DNA of 57,504 bases, counting the filler, from Sphacelaria rigidula (Eukaryota): NCBI GenBank assembly GCA_964200075.2. It is 8 parts of 8 records of this genome, joined end to end, with 100 filler letters (N's around TTAATTAATTAA, not from the genome) between each part and the next. Parts side by side here need not be neighbours in the genome. Positions count along the whole stretch, not along the records: positions 36,005 to 43,104 come from CAXNAA020016484.1; positions 43,205 to 50,304 come from CAXNAA020016485.1; positions 50,405 to 57,504 come from CAXNAA020016486.1; 5 more parts are not named here. The stretch is one strand, 5' to 3'. This document shows positions 37,469 to 50,900 of this stretch, piece by piece (position 1 is the stretch's first letter; each line of letters starts with the position of its first letter). Below the pieces are notes generated by a model that had not been told where the DNA came from, did not search any database, and saw nothing but the letters and a program-made list of their open reading frames with translations. The position numbers and the translations under genes are program-made.

Positions 37469-37553
37469 CTTGCGGTCTCGGTATGCCATCTCAAGACTTT
37501 TCTCCACCGTTTGGATCGCGATCTTGAACACGTTCTTGTGTCGTCCCCGGAAT
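37469..37553 (-). CDS. MRPL20: Mitochondrial ribosomal protein bL20, exon
   Basis: (G)FRGRHKNVFKIAIQTVEKSLEMAYRDRK, with gtag| acceptor and |gtacgc donor. Confidence 0.9.
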
Positions 37554-37981
37554 CTACTCCAAAAAGCAAGCACATGGCGTAGCAGCAGCAGCAGCAGCAG
37601 CAGCAATCGAGGCATGAGACGGCGATTCAAACGTTGGCACACGTGTAGCAAGTCATTCCAAGGCGACACTTATCGGGCGGGGGGGGGGGAACGACGAAGG
37701 AGGCCCAAAAATGCACTTCTCAACAACTTTCATGTTTTAATACATAACAAGTGGCCTGATTATGATAACGATCGCGACACGGGATACAGGTGCGCTCATT
37801 CTTCCGCGTCACTCGTAATCTTGTCGCATTTTATGTAAAGGAAGTTGCACACGATGGCAGCCGGGCAGCAGTGTAGAGGAGTCGGGGCTACATGCTACAT
37901 GCTGTACTCACGGTGGACCTAAAATAGTGACACTGCACGTTGTACCATGTACCGAGTACAAGTAGATGTCATACAACTCTA

Positions 37982-38380
37982 GCCGGTCGCCCCGGTGGCT
38001 CAGTTGGTAACCTCGAAACCTTCTGACGGTTGGGTCGTGGGTTCGAATCTTGAGGCGATCTGGGACTTTTCTCACACAGCGCCTAACAGTGGAGAGCGAC
38101 TATGCTGTGGGTACACGAAATGCGACTTCACGGTCGACGAGGGAAATGGACTGCTGAACCCCTCTCGCGATAAAAAAAAAAGGCAAGCACCGCAGAAGGA
38201 AGGTGGAGTACTAAAACAAAAGAAAAACGAAAAAAAAATCCCATGTTGGCCTCCCTCCTATGTGACCCCGACTGGTGCACCCACATATACCGAAAGGTGT
38301 ACTAAAGACTGGCGTCCAGAATACATGGGACGTCAACACACACACACACACACACACGCACACACACGCACGCACACACA
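37982..38380 (+). mobile_element. tRNA-derived SINE family 1, full copy with (CA)n tail
   Basis: A box TGGCTCAGTTGG (37996), B box GGTTCGAATC (38040), conserved body, and a (CA)n tail from about 38336. Confidence 0.88.
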
Positions 38381-39838
38381 CGGGCGTACACAAGCAGTCA
38401 AGTGCAACAGCATTCGAGTTGCACTGTGGAGTCATGCCACGGTAGGGGAGAATAAAATATTTCTCGGGTTTTAATAATTTGTTTGGAGCCCTTTGCCATA
38501 TCCAAAAAACGAGTTATGAAAGATGTGAGACCACGAAACGATCCACGAAACGATCCACGAAACGATCAACGTTCTAATGAGCAGGGGATTGTCCAAATAA
38601 ATCAAATTACGGGAGTGTCTTCATCCGTTCTGTTCTCGTGCAGATCCTAAATTAAATGTGGGAGCATTCAATAAGAACTATCTGGGCTCAAAAGTGCAAC
38701 CCCTACCGTGGCATGACTCTGTGCGAGGGATGCCGGTGATACAAGGAAAATATGCAAGGAAAAAAGGTACGGTTCATCGAAGGCGTTTCCCCTCCGGGAA
38801 AAAAAATCGAAAAAAGCCGCATTTGGGATAGGTTAGGCCGCAACACCCGCCTCGACATCTTCAACAAGATCTACTGCTGTAGAGATTACCGTATATAAAA
38901 GGATGTTGACACAGAGCCAACGCATTTGGAGTGTTCTAGGAACTGTCGCGTCGCTCATAGCCATTCATACGACGAACCTTTTGGGGATCGTCCGGCCGGG
39001 AACATATTTTTTTGCCGCGAAAAAAAAAAAACGCTTTCTGTGAGCAATTTGTGCCCGACCTCAAGGGTTGTTGTCAGACAAGAAAAGCGTTACTTTCACG
39101 ACTTGTCAAGCGATCGCTGTTGTCCAATAACCCTCGCAGAACACATCGCACCCCGACAGAGCTCTTCATCTTTAGACAGCGAGCGTCGCCTCGGAACAGT
39201 TTCACAGGTTGGCATCCCGGGGACATCCGGGGGTTCCCAGGGGGCGGGGTGGTGGTTTGTGACAGGGGGGGGTGGGGGCCCGTTCGATGAACAGTGGCCA
39301 AGCTCACCAAGTCAACCATGTCAACCATGTGTGCTTGGAAGTTTCCCACGGAAATTATAGGCCAGCAACGGAGCCCGAAAGGAACGGAGTGACCATTCTT
39401 AACAGCCACGGCTACCGAATTGGTCACTCTGTTCCCCCACAGGTGGACTACAGGTGGACTACTTTCCTGTCTAGTCGTACTTTTTACTTCGGTCATGGCC
39501 ATTCAATCATAGATTACATGGGCACAAGCAACGTGTTCAATACTCTGCCTGTGGTCTTCGACGCCTGGCTGACCCCTCCTGTGTTGCCAGCATAGCTTTA
39601 CACAGTCTATGATGTTGTTACGTAAAACTACGCGGAGCTATCACCAATATACAGCAGACTGTGTTCAGTGGAGAGCGATGGCACGCTGACTGTGTCTTGC
39701 CGTTGTATCCAGCAAAGACATGCAGCACACATATTGACTTTTGCACTCAATACACTGCAGGGTCACAACCAGTCAGGGGTTCTCTGAGACTCTTCGCTAC
39801 ACAGATGCCCAACATACGCATTAGTCATCAAAAACGTG

Positions 39839-40041
39839 CAAGGGCAGGTCGAGTAGAGTATATTCGATTGCGGGGTATTTTGAAAGTCGTACTCGAAGTA
39901 CACAAATTTGGAGTAGGGTTTTAGGGATCGCTTTCCAGTTTTTTCGGGTACGACTCCGAACACTCTACCTCAACTTGAGTACCTCAAGAACGTTTTTCAA
40001 AATACCCCGCAATTGAGTATACTCTACTCGACCTACCCTTG
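39839..40041. mobile_element. hAT-like MITE family H1, second copy, nested in the piggyBac-like element
   Basis: caagggcaggtcg...cgacctacccttg with TSD aaaacgtg/aaaaggtg. Confidence 0.85.
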
Positions 40042-43000
40042 AAAAGGTGGTTTGTGTAGCGAGAAAAGAGCCATTCTGAACCTCGAAGTGTGGATAGTGG
40101 ATAGTCCCTCTCAGTCCACCTGCAGGGGGGTCGCTGTCCAAGAATTCATCGATTCTATTTCTCTTCGTGGGAGCCAAACCTGTGTTTCAGGCCTCTCCAC
40201 GAAAAAAAATACCAAGGGTTGTTATTCATTGTACACTGCACGAAAAAATATACCAAGGATTGTTATTCATTGTACATTATATGTACAGCTCATTTCCCCC
40301 TAGACTCATGTACAGGACACTTGGAATCGATGCAAGGGCAGTGCCAAGGCAAACTCAACAACCCGTGATCGCGATCACATGCGACGTACGAGAGCAAAGC
40401 ATAACTTCCCAGTGTAAAAATGACTACTTATACGAGCTGGGCCGGCCAATAGTGATTTTTGAACGAAGAGTGGAGATGCGATTGGTAATTCGAAGAGTAA
40501 GGCGCTGACATTTTGACACGGCAATATGATCATCAACCCGCGCAACCCTATAAGTGGAGTAGAGGGGGGAAGAAGAAACAGGAAGTAAGAGCGAGTTGAA
40601 GTTTTGACAAAAACATGGAAAATGCTGTAACTAACTCAAAAATTGATGAAAACGATGGCAACGCTCCAACGCATACGGGCACTCGCGTCCACCACATCCT
40701 GGTGAAGTTTCAGCCAAAAATACCTCGAATTGGGCTTCGCGTGGCACTTTTTTGTGTGACACGGCTGCGCCCCGGTGATCAAACTGAAGCAACAGCCTCA
40801 AATTACACAGGTCACGAGTTCGAATCCTGACACGACAAAAAAATCATGTGTGCATAAGCTAATCGTGCACAATATCTCGTACTTCCGGGTTGCAAAGTGT
40901 CTCGATACTTTGGTGACGGTCTTGCTTTGGGGGGGGGGGAGTGGGGGGTATGGCGCAGTTTCAAGTAGTACTTCCGCCTCGTGCGGTGATATACGACAGT
41001 TGGTTCGGAGGTTCTCTCCCATGACGGAGCTGATGACGAGCTTGATGTCATATTGCAGCACTACCAGTGTGCTCCTACCTGGGCATGTCGGGTGTGCGTG
41101 TGCGTAAGCGCCGAAACGGTATATCGTAATCCCACCGCATTCTTGTGAAACGAAACGCCTCCAGACACGCTGTCACGAAACAAGAGACGTACCCGGTATT
41201 CAATTTAGTACAATAAAATCATCACCAGGCTAGTCTGCAGCTCACAGCGATATGCTCAAGTCGCGCTGATTTGGGAAACTTCAGAAGTTGTGGTGTGGAG
41301 AGAGAATATGGGATTTACTGCCGGCCTAGCTCGTACAGCATTATTCCACCGGCTGAATTTTTCCGAACTTTCCGTCTTTTTCTTTTCCATCACGAGTGAG
41401 TAGCATTCCATGTTTATCAGAGTCATTCCGTCAATCGAGTCGATGCATAGATGGCGGGAGAACTCGAGCTTGCCCCTCTCCTTCTCTCTTAATAAAGCAT
41501 CTCCCTCATTCAATATGTGTGACGATATGCATTATTCTCCAAACATTGATTTTTCTAGCCTGGCTGTAGTGGCAGGTACTCCCGTGGTTTGTCTGAAGAA
41601 TTCGTGCCACCATTCCGTGCGAAAACTTCATCAAATGTCTGTTGCTCGCAATTGTTGCGGAGTCGTCAGCAGTAGAGGTATTCTTTATCCCGAGAGAGGG
41701 ACACATCATCCCACGGACAGTACGCGTCACACAACAGTTTGCCAGTAAGCACCGACAGCTTTTGATACTATGCGTTCAGGTAGGTCGGGAAGGGTGGTTG
41801 GGGCAGGTTTTTAAGGTGCGTATTGTTGGTGCGGGTTGTGGGTAGACTCGGAGCTCAGAAACGTTCCCGGGGCGGTCGTTGTATCTCCGCCGGGTTTGCT
41901 CGTTGCGCTTTCAACCTTTTGGCCGCCAATATGGTCATATGTTGAATCGGCACCGACTTCACCTGAAAAAATATTTTACGACCCAGATGACCTGCCCTCG
42001 CGGTCGAAGGGTTGTTGTTGTCTTCATAGTAAAAACCGTTCCGATATCTGCGCAGTACTCCGGGATCAGAGGCTTAACTGCCCAAAATAAGGAATAAGGG
42101 AATTAAATAAAACCAGGATAGGAGACCGAGAATTTCACACCGACGCAACACAAACTAAGAAAAGTACTGTTACCCTAATAAGTTCCGGTGCAACAGGCGA
42201 CCATTCGAACAACTGAAGGTGGAGCCCAGTGTTTCAACTCGACACGTGAAGCCAAAAGGAAATGGGGCCAGACTCAGAAACTAAATATAAATACAACCAG
42301 ACCCAGGAACTAAATGTATCCTTGTACCTATAGCGGGAAAGCCATATGTAAGAAAATACTAGGCACAAGAAAAACACCACAGAACAACAATCGGAGGGGA
42401 GTCGAACGATGAGAAATATAACGTGAAGGTCCCGATCCTCCGGGTGCACATTGTAGCTGGTGATGCTTCTGGTCAGCGTGCGCTGTGCCTAGGAAAGGCA
42501 CGATAGAGGTCCAAACGGCTTTTGCAAGGTGCTAGAGGGTGTCTAGAAGAGATGTCAATAAAAATAATTACTACTTCCGGTGTGCCTTCGGCTTTTCCTG
42601 AGTATGTAAGGTACAGCGGCGGTGAGGCGGGACTCCCTTTGTGTGCACGGTTGTACGAGACAAGAACATGTTTTTTGTTCATTCACCCTTGTATACACGG
42701 GTGATACTGGTGCCCCTGATCGATGTGCCTAAATAATTCCGAGCGAAAACATTCTTGTCGTGTTTTACGAGTTCCGCGCATTTGGTTCGGCAAAGTGCGT
42801 GAAGGTATACCTTTATAAGTTCGAAGCCCTTGAAATATTACACAATACAACTAGTCTCGCCTGCATTAAAGTACAAAATGCGGAACGTGTGCAACTATTT
42901 TCCAGTAGAAGACGATTGAATAAGGAGCTGGCGCGACTAGCTGCCTGCAGACGACTGCGCGCGCGGGGGGGGGGGGGCATCCTCACTTGTTGCTTGCCTT

Positions 43001-43385
43001 AGTTGTTTGACCATTGACCACGCATCCCTTTCGAGACGGGGCATCGGAGCACACACGACTATGGGGGGGGAAATGTTACACAACTAGTCGCCGGTGGACG
43101 ACTANNNNNNNNNNNNNNNNNNNNNNNNNNNNNNNNNNNNNNNNNNNNTTAATTAATTAANNNNNNNNNNNNNNNNNNNNNNNNNNNNNNNNNNNNNNNN
43201 NNNNCCCCCCCATTCCAAAAAACAAATCACGGCGTGCTCCGTCCCGGGTTTGTAAGGACGGATCCCCGATGGGGTTGACGTCGGTTGGCAACAACGCTGT
43301 AAAACACGCCACTCACTGCGAGAGCTAGGCAAGCAGCTGTCGTGCGCTGTACGGATATTTTGAGCGAAGAAAAAAAAGAGTATGT

Positions 43386-43874
43386 CTTGAGGCCGCTTCT
43401 TATAGCCTGAAAACGGACTCTCTGTGAACTGCCATTTGTGAGCCTTTCATAACGAGGATTTTCGACGGAATACGGGCCTTGACGAACTAAGTCTCCTCGG
43501 GAAGATTTGTTACGCTTTCCAAGAGGATTCTAGTGCACTTTTTTATTTTTCGTGTGCCCAATTTTGATCTAATGTATTCCAATTTCTTCAGTCGCCCCCA
43601 AAATCTTCGAGTCGTCGGAAAAAAACACGTACTTTCCCCCGACAACTCGAAGGTTTTGGGGGCGACTGAAAAAGTTGGAATATACACAAGATTAAAATTG
43701 GGCACACGATATATCGAAAAAGTGCGCTAGAACCCTCTTGGAAAGCGTAGCAAATCTTCCCGAGGGGACTACATTCGTCAAGGCCCGTATTCCGTCAAAA
43801 ATCCTCATTATGAAAGGCTCAAACAGGGCAGTTCTCAGAGAGACCGTTTGCACACTATGAGAAGCGACCTGAGG
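43386..43874. repeat. Imperfect palindrome of about 490 bp (fold-back element)
   Basis: The arms are complementary almost to the centre near 43628, for example gacggaatacgggccttgacgaa and ttcgtcaaggcccgtattccgtc. Confidence 0.9.
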
Positions 43875-46253
43875 CCAAAAATCGGAGTTGCACCCACGAA
43901 TTTGGCGTGATCTATGACTTTTGCACATGTACAACAGCACCCAGAGGAGACAAAGCTGCTGGCTGCACAGCCATCACGTGACTTTTCTAACTTCGCGTTG
44001 ACGGCACTTTGTTCCTACCCCAATTTTGTACAGATCGGATCACAGCGGCAGTACAGCATCTCAGGCAATCTCCAGCGCAGATCAAACCGTGTTCGCAGGC
44101 TTCTAGCGCACTACACTACAGCGACATCTACGGCATAGAAACGATCGGTGCGGGCACGAAGCCCTTTGTTGGTCATACAGACTACACATCGCATCCAGTA
44201 CACCATCGTGACGCTTTCGCCAGTGTCTTACCGATACACCTGTGTACAGACAGGAACACGACAAGAGCATAGCAATCGACGCAATCCTCAGCGCAGATCA
44301 AACCGCTTTTTTAACCCTCAGACACCGAGCGTCGCCTCGGAACAGTTTCACAGGCTGACAGTCTGGAGACATTCGACACCGACAAGACATATATCATATG
44401 TTTTACATATCTCATATCTTTGAAAGGTGCCTACTTAAGGTAGTAGGGTGCGTACGGTAAATAACACCCGAGGGTACTTCCTCTAGTGTACTCAATAGTT
44501 CACCTACCGAGACTCAAGGTTTGTTGGGATTCTCACCACGTCTGGATCCCTGGGGGGGGGGGTCCGTTAAAGTGCGCAAACCCTGGACAAGATAGCCCAC
44601 TGTAAAAAAACGCAATGTGCACAGTATGGAATATAGTCTACTGTAATAGACGCAGTAGTCGATACTGTACCCAGTACACTTTTCGACAGTGTAGTCATCT
44701 ATTGTCATCATCCATCAATCAAAATCAAACACGTCGGACAGCTCAAGAGCTACCTGAACCTTACTTCTTATCAGTGTACTGACCCGGATCACGACCTAGC
44801 TCCTGTGGGCCTTGTTTTTTGTTAAAAAAAAATTTGCTGGACGCCGAGCAAACGGAAGAACGCAAATTTCGCGCTTGGGATTCTCGGATCCCGCAGTCAC
44901 ATATTTCATGTTTTCCGACAACGGGTCTGACAGTCCTCTTCGACTACTTAATTTTGGTCACTCACGAGCTGCCCGACGTGTGGATTCGTACTATTACAAG
45001 ACTAAGCAATCGATATCCTACGTACCCCACTGAAGTATCGGGGTACTCGAATTCCCCCCCCCCCCAAAAAAAAAAAACGTACCTTATTTTGGGTAGTTAA
45101 CCGCTGACCACAGAAACGTCTACATCATATCCCTAGTAGTACAAAAGTTAGAAGGTACTGCGCAGCGTTCGGGGCAGTTTATAATCTGAAATCAACAATA
45201 ATAGCATTAGCATAAACAACAATAACAACAATAACAACGACAGCGACAACAACTTCCCAGAGGGCGCGTTCCCTACCCTACGCTGAGCTAAGCATGTTGG
45301 AAATCCTTCATTCCGCTGTCTCTGTCTGTCTGTCTGTTTATGGAAATCACAGTTTAGGAAAACATATTCCACTGAATGCATCTTTTTCGGGTAGTTCGGA
45401 TAACATTACTCATCACGGTTCTTGTTTGATCCCAAACTCAGGGAATCCAGATAAAAGAGCATTTCCTACGACCAATTACGAACGAGTTATAGGCTTACCG
45501 GTCGTTCGGGGTCCTACGAGTGCACAGCCCGCGGTTCTTCCTTTTTTATATTTTTCCTTGACCAGACCGATCCGGATCATTACAATGATCAATTCTACCA
45601 TTCAGTTTTCCACTTGTCGATATGCATCGCACTACGGCCGCAAAAACGTTTTCTTGGATCACATACGGTCAATAGCACCCCCTCATTAAATGGGGTTCTG
45701 TACTCCGTGTTGTCCCGACAAACATAAAAAAATTGGTACATGTGTTCCGAGCACGACTTCCTTCTTTTTGTCAAGGCGTATCGACTATCAAACTTTCGAG
45801 TGGAAGTGACAAATCGTCTGGGAAAAAAAAACGTTTTGAGTGAGTACCATATTTTGACTTTGACTGACTACCGCACACTTCATCACCAAGGGTATTCTGG
45901 ATATGATAAATACCCAAGTATTTTTACTCCCCCGATTTTGTGTTGCGATGGTCCGGTTTCCGATCTCTATATTCTTCTGTTCCCTCATTCTTTGTTCTTG
46001 GGTACGTCCATCATGGGACCACGGTCGGACCCCTGGGGGGTCAGTTAAAGTGCGACAATCAGGTCAAATAAAATTTTCAAAAAGAGTGAAGTTAAGGCAC
46101 GATCGCATTACTCTACCCAATACCTGGGTACTGTTGAGTACCATCTCAGTACTGCTACGCAAGTTTTTGGGTACAGTACTCAGAACCCGATTTTCGAAAA
46201 TACACAAATCCCCTACCCAACAACACACCCTTGTACATCTTCTCATCTCTCAC

Positions 46254-46352
46254 CACAGGAGACATCATGTAGGCCCACACAGAACCGCCCAAGTACATGA
46301 CGGACAGCACGACTATCACAGCGAGCGCCACCATGTTCAAGTACTTCAGCAT
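46254..46352 (-). CDS. Putative exon encoding a transmembrane segment of an unidentified protein: MLKYLNMVALAVIVVLSVMYLGGSVWAYMMSPV
   Basis: gcag| acceptor, |gtgaga donor, 99 nt, hydrophobic helix. Confidence 0.55.
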
Positions 46353-46799
46353 CTGCCCCACAGGCGGCATACCAAGAAATGAATTCGGGGACGGGGTGGG
46401 ACGGGTGAGGCCAAGGGAGATGAGCACGGGGGCGAGGCGGGGGAATTCGTTTCACGATGTTGATATCATTTGTACTCAAAACTGCATTCAATCAGCCCTT
46501 GGCGAAACTTGCGGATCTATTTTTACTGCTACGGGGTGGGGGTGGGGGGAGGGCTATTCATTTGGTGCTTTTCCTAGTATTTTGACCATTTACCACGCAT
46601 CCCTTTCGAGACGAAGCACCGTTCCTATTCCTGGGAGGGGGGAGGGGGGCGCGGAGGTTGTACTCATGATCTTGCATGCCAAAGTCAGCTGACCATTGAC
46701 CTCGCATCCCTACGAAGTCGGGACGGAGCACGCCGGGTTTTCGCCGGCCCGGGGGGGGGGGGGTGGGGGTGCAGTCAAGTCATTATATCCATGGCTGAC

Positions 46800-46879
46800 T
46801 GAGTTGACAACTCCCCGAGTGATTCTCAGCGTGCGCAGGAAGCATTTCTTGTTCAAATCGGCGCCCGCCGATATCAAGT
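46800..46879 (-). CDS. Putative exon of the same gene: (D)LISAGADLNKKCFLRTLRITRGVVNS
   Basis: gcag| acceptor and a weak |gtcagc donor. The phase-0 end fits the next exon. Confidence 0.4.
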
Positions 46880-47821
46880 CTGCCGACGCACACACTCATG
46901 CCTAGGAACGCAGGATGTACCTCCCTTTGCCCGAGGGTTCTCGGTATGCCATGCGTTGAGGTTAGGGTCAGCGTCAGCATTACTTAGTAAATACGTCAGT
47001 GTGAGTCCCAATCCTGTGAACCCAATATACTTCATGGTTCTGTCCAGAACCCACCGTAGCTCCTGGTTTTGTCTGGGTCGGTCAATAGGAAACGTCTATT
47101 CAGCCCCAAGGAAGGCTCCTCGGAATATCGGCTAGTCCGCTCTCGGAGACACGTCTCCAGGCCTTAGGGTCACGGAGCGATCTATACGCCCCGAGCATGA
47201 TCCTTAGACAGTGAGAGTAGGTCATCTGATGAAGCGCCATCAGTTTCACTTGGAAAAAACTGTGCATGATTCAGACGGACTACCCTCGCGGTCTAAGAGA
47301 CAGAGGCACACCACACCACACCACCCAGTACATCTTATGAGCTTGACTGATTTGTGGTCTGTCATTTTTGGTCGAGACGAGAGGCGAGGCTACCCGTCGC
47401 CACCCGACTGACTCCTCCGTGATCTTTCTCATTTCTCTGTCCCACACGAGACTGGGATTTGAATTGAACCCTGGGCCAGTTTGGTCCCACGGCAGACTAA
47501 TGCCGAGATAGCCCCCACCCCCCCACAAAGAGTGCACCGGAGACTGTCCGACAAACCGGCTGCGATCCCCCACTTTTGGGCTCGTTTGCAGGAATTTCGC
47601 CCACATGAGAGGCGTGTAGCAGTCCGGAATCAGCTCCAACGCCAAAATGAGCCGCGTCGTGCAGCACGAAACCAGCTCTAACGGCATTTATAACCATCAC
47701 CTCCGTGCACTTTTTCGGCCGGTTCGAGGGGGGGGGCTATCTCGGTAGCAGTGCGCCATCGTACTGTACCTAGATGCCCCTTATTCTGCAGAAGGAGGTT
47801 CAACAAAACTTTTTTTTTTAC

Positions 47822-47950
47822 CTTGTGGGCTTCCAGCTCGGGCAATCCGGTCAGAACCATTTGCTTCAGTACCGTCTTCTCCCATTCGGACCACTTCGCC
47901 ATCGCCTCAACCCAAGACTTCGAACACGCCTCCTTCACGACAAGCCATTG
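47822..47950 (-). CDS. Putative exon of the same unidentified gene: QWLVVKEACSKSWVEAMAKWSEWEKTVLKQMVLTGLPELEAHK
   Basis: Long pyrimidine tract with ttag| acceptor, |gtaaaa donor, 129 nt open. Confidence 0.55.
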
Positions 47951-50900
47951 CTAAACACAGCATCAGAAAAAAAAAAAAACGAAAAAGCAGAAAAAGAAGG
48001 AAAAACGAAACAAAGCAACACAAAACAGTGACACCAACAACGTAGAAAATACAAAGGCCGAGAGCAAAATGATATTTCAAAGCTTGAATCAATGAATGAA
48101 ATATATAATTAATTACATCTCAGCAACTCAAGTGAAACCTATTGTTGACTCGAACCAACTCTTGCCTTGTCTTTTTTTTCAGTGTTTTTCCTCTTCGATA
48201 ATATAATATGGAGGCTGTGTTTCTGAAGGTTGGACGTCAACAAAATCCGCACCTCGCTAATGATGACGCCGAAACTTGGAGAATGTGTTGATTGGTACTA
48301 CAGCAAGGTGTCAGACCCGCAGCCGTGGCTGCACAAGGCGCTGAGGGCCCGGTCTGCATTGAAACGGTGGATACCATTATCAACAGATTCTATTTTTATT
48401 CACCACATCCTGTCTGATGACGATTTTAGTAGGTACAATTTCGGTCAGGCTCGCAGACCGCAAAGTACCCTTCCGGCTTCATCGTCAATCTTCGCCTACT
48501 TAGGGATAAACGCTCGCGGAGAACCAGAAAAAAAAAACAGCATCTAGGTCCCACCATATGTGTGAGGGTCTAGGCTGAACGTTTGCCGGTTCGAAAAGCT
48601 CGACACGTCAAGGTTAAGCTTCTCTCACACGACCGCTGCGTTTTGCCATGGACCCTCCCTCACGTACCCGACAAGTGGGCAACATCCCCGTACAGACAGT
48701 AGCAATGCTAGCGGATGCAATATCCTGACAGTCTGGTAGCCGGCAAGGTAGTTATAGTGGTGTCCTTCTAGCTATGTCAACTTACAGTGCACTGGTGCAG
48801 AGTTTGCAGGTGAATACTTTGGCGATTGCCTCACCTGCGTTTCGCCCAGATGTTGCGGATTTTTTCACGATCTCACAGAGTAATATTATATGTGGAATTG
48901 TACCACATCTTACATTATATGGGGAAATGTACAAGACCCTGGACAACAGCGTGTAAAAATCTCCACGGTGTGATATGCTACAGGCGGCTTTCGCGCCATA
49001 GCGGCTGTGTTACCATTCAGCTTTGCCCAAGATACAGGCAGCCATTACAGCAGCGGAGGCAGGATGTCACTCCTGCGTGCGCCGTCTGGGGCAAACGCAC
49101 GCTGTGGCTGCAACACAGAGAGTTTTGCAAAATGTGTCGTGGCGATATAGCGCGTAGCGAAGAGTGATATCCTGCGTACACGTTGGTCGCAGATACAAGC
49201 GGTTGCGTTCATGATGTGGCGAACCGCATAGGACAGCGCGAAATCAAAGCAACACAGATCGGCTAAGGATGTGATGTTCTGTGGTGTGAATTGTGACCCT
49301 GCACCCTGCCGCTGTGCAGTGAGCAGGTAGTACCGCCTAAGGTGTCACGCTGCGATTGGTACGCAGTGTCGAACACAGCGGCAAATATCATATTCATGGT
49401 CCAAGGATGTGTGTTTCAGTACCGATGCGCACAGAGTGGGACTTGCAACCGCTTGCGACACGTGCTGTAACGAATCCCGTGCGTCATGCAGCTTTCTCCC
49501 ATGTGGTTCATCGCCCGTGAAGGCGCCTGTTGAAACTGACAGTCCCCGACCATCTTCCCATGTTGACCTCCTGACTGAGCTCGAGGTATATGAAACTGAG
49601 GAACATGACTTAATCTAGTAGAACGTACACGTGAGCATGACAAAAGCTTCCGTATTATCGAAAAGGAGCAATACAGGTTTAGCAAGTGTCTTTGATAGGA
49701 GGAGAGGAGGTGAGCGGTGGAGGGGAGGGGGGGGGGGGGCGGACTCCTTCGGTGGCCGGCTTTGTCGTTTGACCATTGACCACCCATTCCTTTCCGGACG
49801 GNNNNNNNNNNGGGGAAGGGAGGACCAGGGGGTCGCAGGCACGGGGGGGCGTACTCATTCGATGCCTGCCTTAGTCGTTTGACCATTGACCACGCATCCC
49901 TTTCGAGACGGAGCTACGGCGACGGCGACGGCGACGGCGGGGACTTGAATCTCGTTAGAGTGAGGCCTGGTTTATGATTTCATATATATATATATATATG
50001 TATATTGCTGCGTATCTTTACTGCGCATTATGTCACGTCGTATTATCACAAGCAACTTCATGCCGCCGCGCCCCGGTGGTGTAATGGTCCGGCTGTCGCC
50101 ATTAGGGTAGAGAGAACAAGGGTTCGATTCCCGATGCGCTGGCCTTTTGCTTCGCAATGTCTGATTTCCACCGTGGAAAGCGTGAGAACATGAGTGAACA
50201 AAATAGTCGACTGACTTTGTTTGAGGAGAGTTGCCGCGGTGCGGGAGTGCTGATAGTCTTGACCCAACCCGCGAGACCAAAATGCAGGGCGAGTAACGGG
50301 GGGGNNNNNNNNNNNNNNNNNNNNNNNNNNNNNNNNNNNNNNNNNNNNTTAATTAATTAANNNNNNNNNNNNNNNNNNNNNNNNNNNNNNNNNNNNNNNN
50401 NNNNCTGTTTGGCACCAAATACAAGCGCAACGCAAGTGTGAAAGGATGTCTGACACACTTATGAGCGTCTTTTCTCGTGCAACCAAATACCCCCACCCCC
50501 TATCGTAGGATGACTCTCTAGTTGGTCATCTCTTGAACCGTCACCCCCCCCCCAAACCGAAATCAACAGGGGTTATAGCTGGTTATAGGGTGGAAAATCT
50601 AGCAAAAAACGAGTCGAAAAATTCAAGTTGCAAAAAAACGGCTAGTCGAATTTTTCACCCGGAGCAGAAAAAAAATTCAATAAGTGAAATTGGAAACGAC
50701 GAGGTAAGCGTAACAAAAATATGCATTGGGTTTATCCCACGGCTGAGAGCTTCCATCCGAGACGCTCCTCGCCTGGCTCGGTGAAGTATTCACCGAGCAA
50801 CACCGTCGATGAATGGATGGCGACGTGCCTATTCTTCGGGTTCTTCGCCTGAGTCAAACGCTAGGCTCTTTGGCGAGTACCCTGTTTATCGGTGTCTCAG

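Noticed and set aside
44765..44785. ttcttatcagt resembling U2 snRNA
   Set aside because: It is only about 11 nt, and the branch-point pairing region and 5' stem are missing.
7732..49914. Poly-G-associated repeat as a CRISPR array
   Set aside because: The copies are dispersed over unrelated eukaryotic scaffolds, with no regular spacers and no cas genes.
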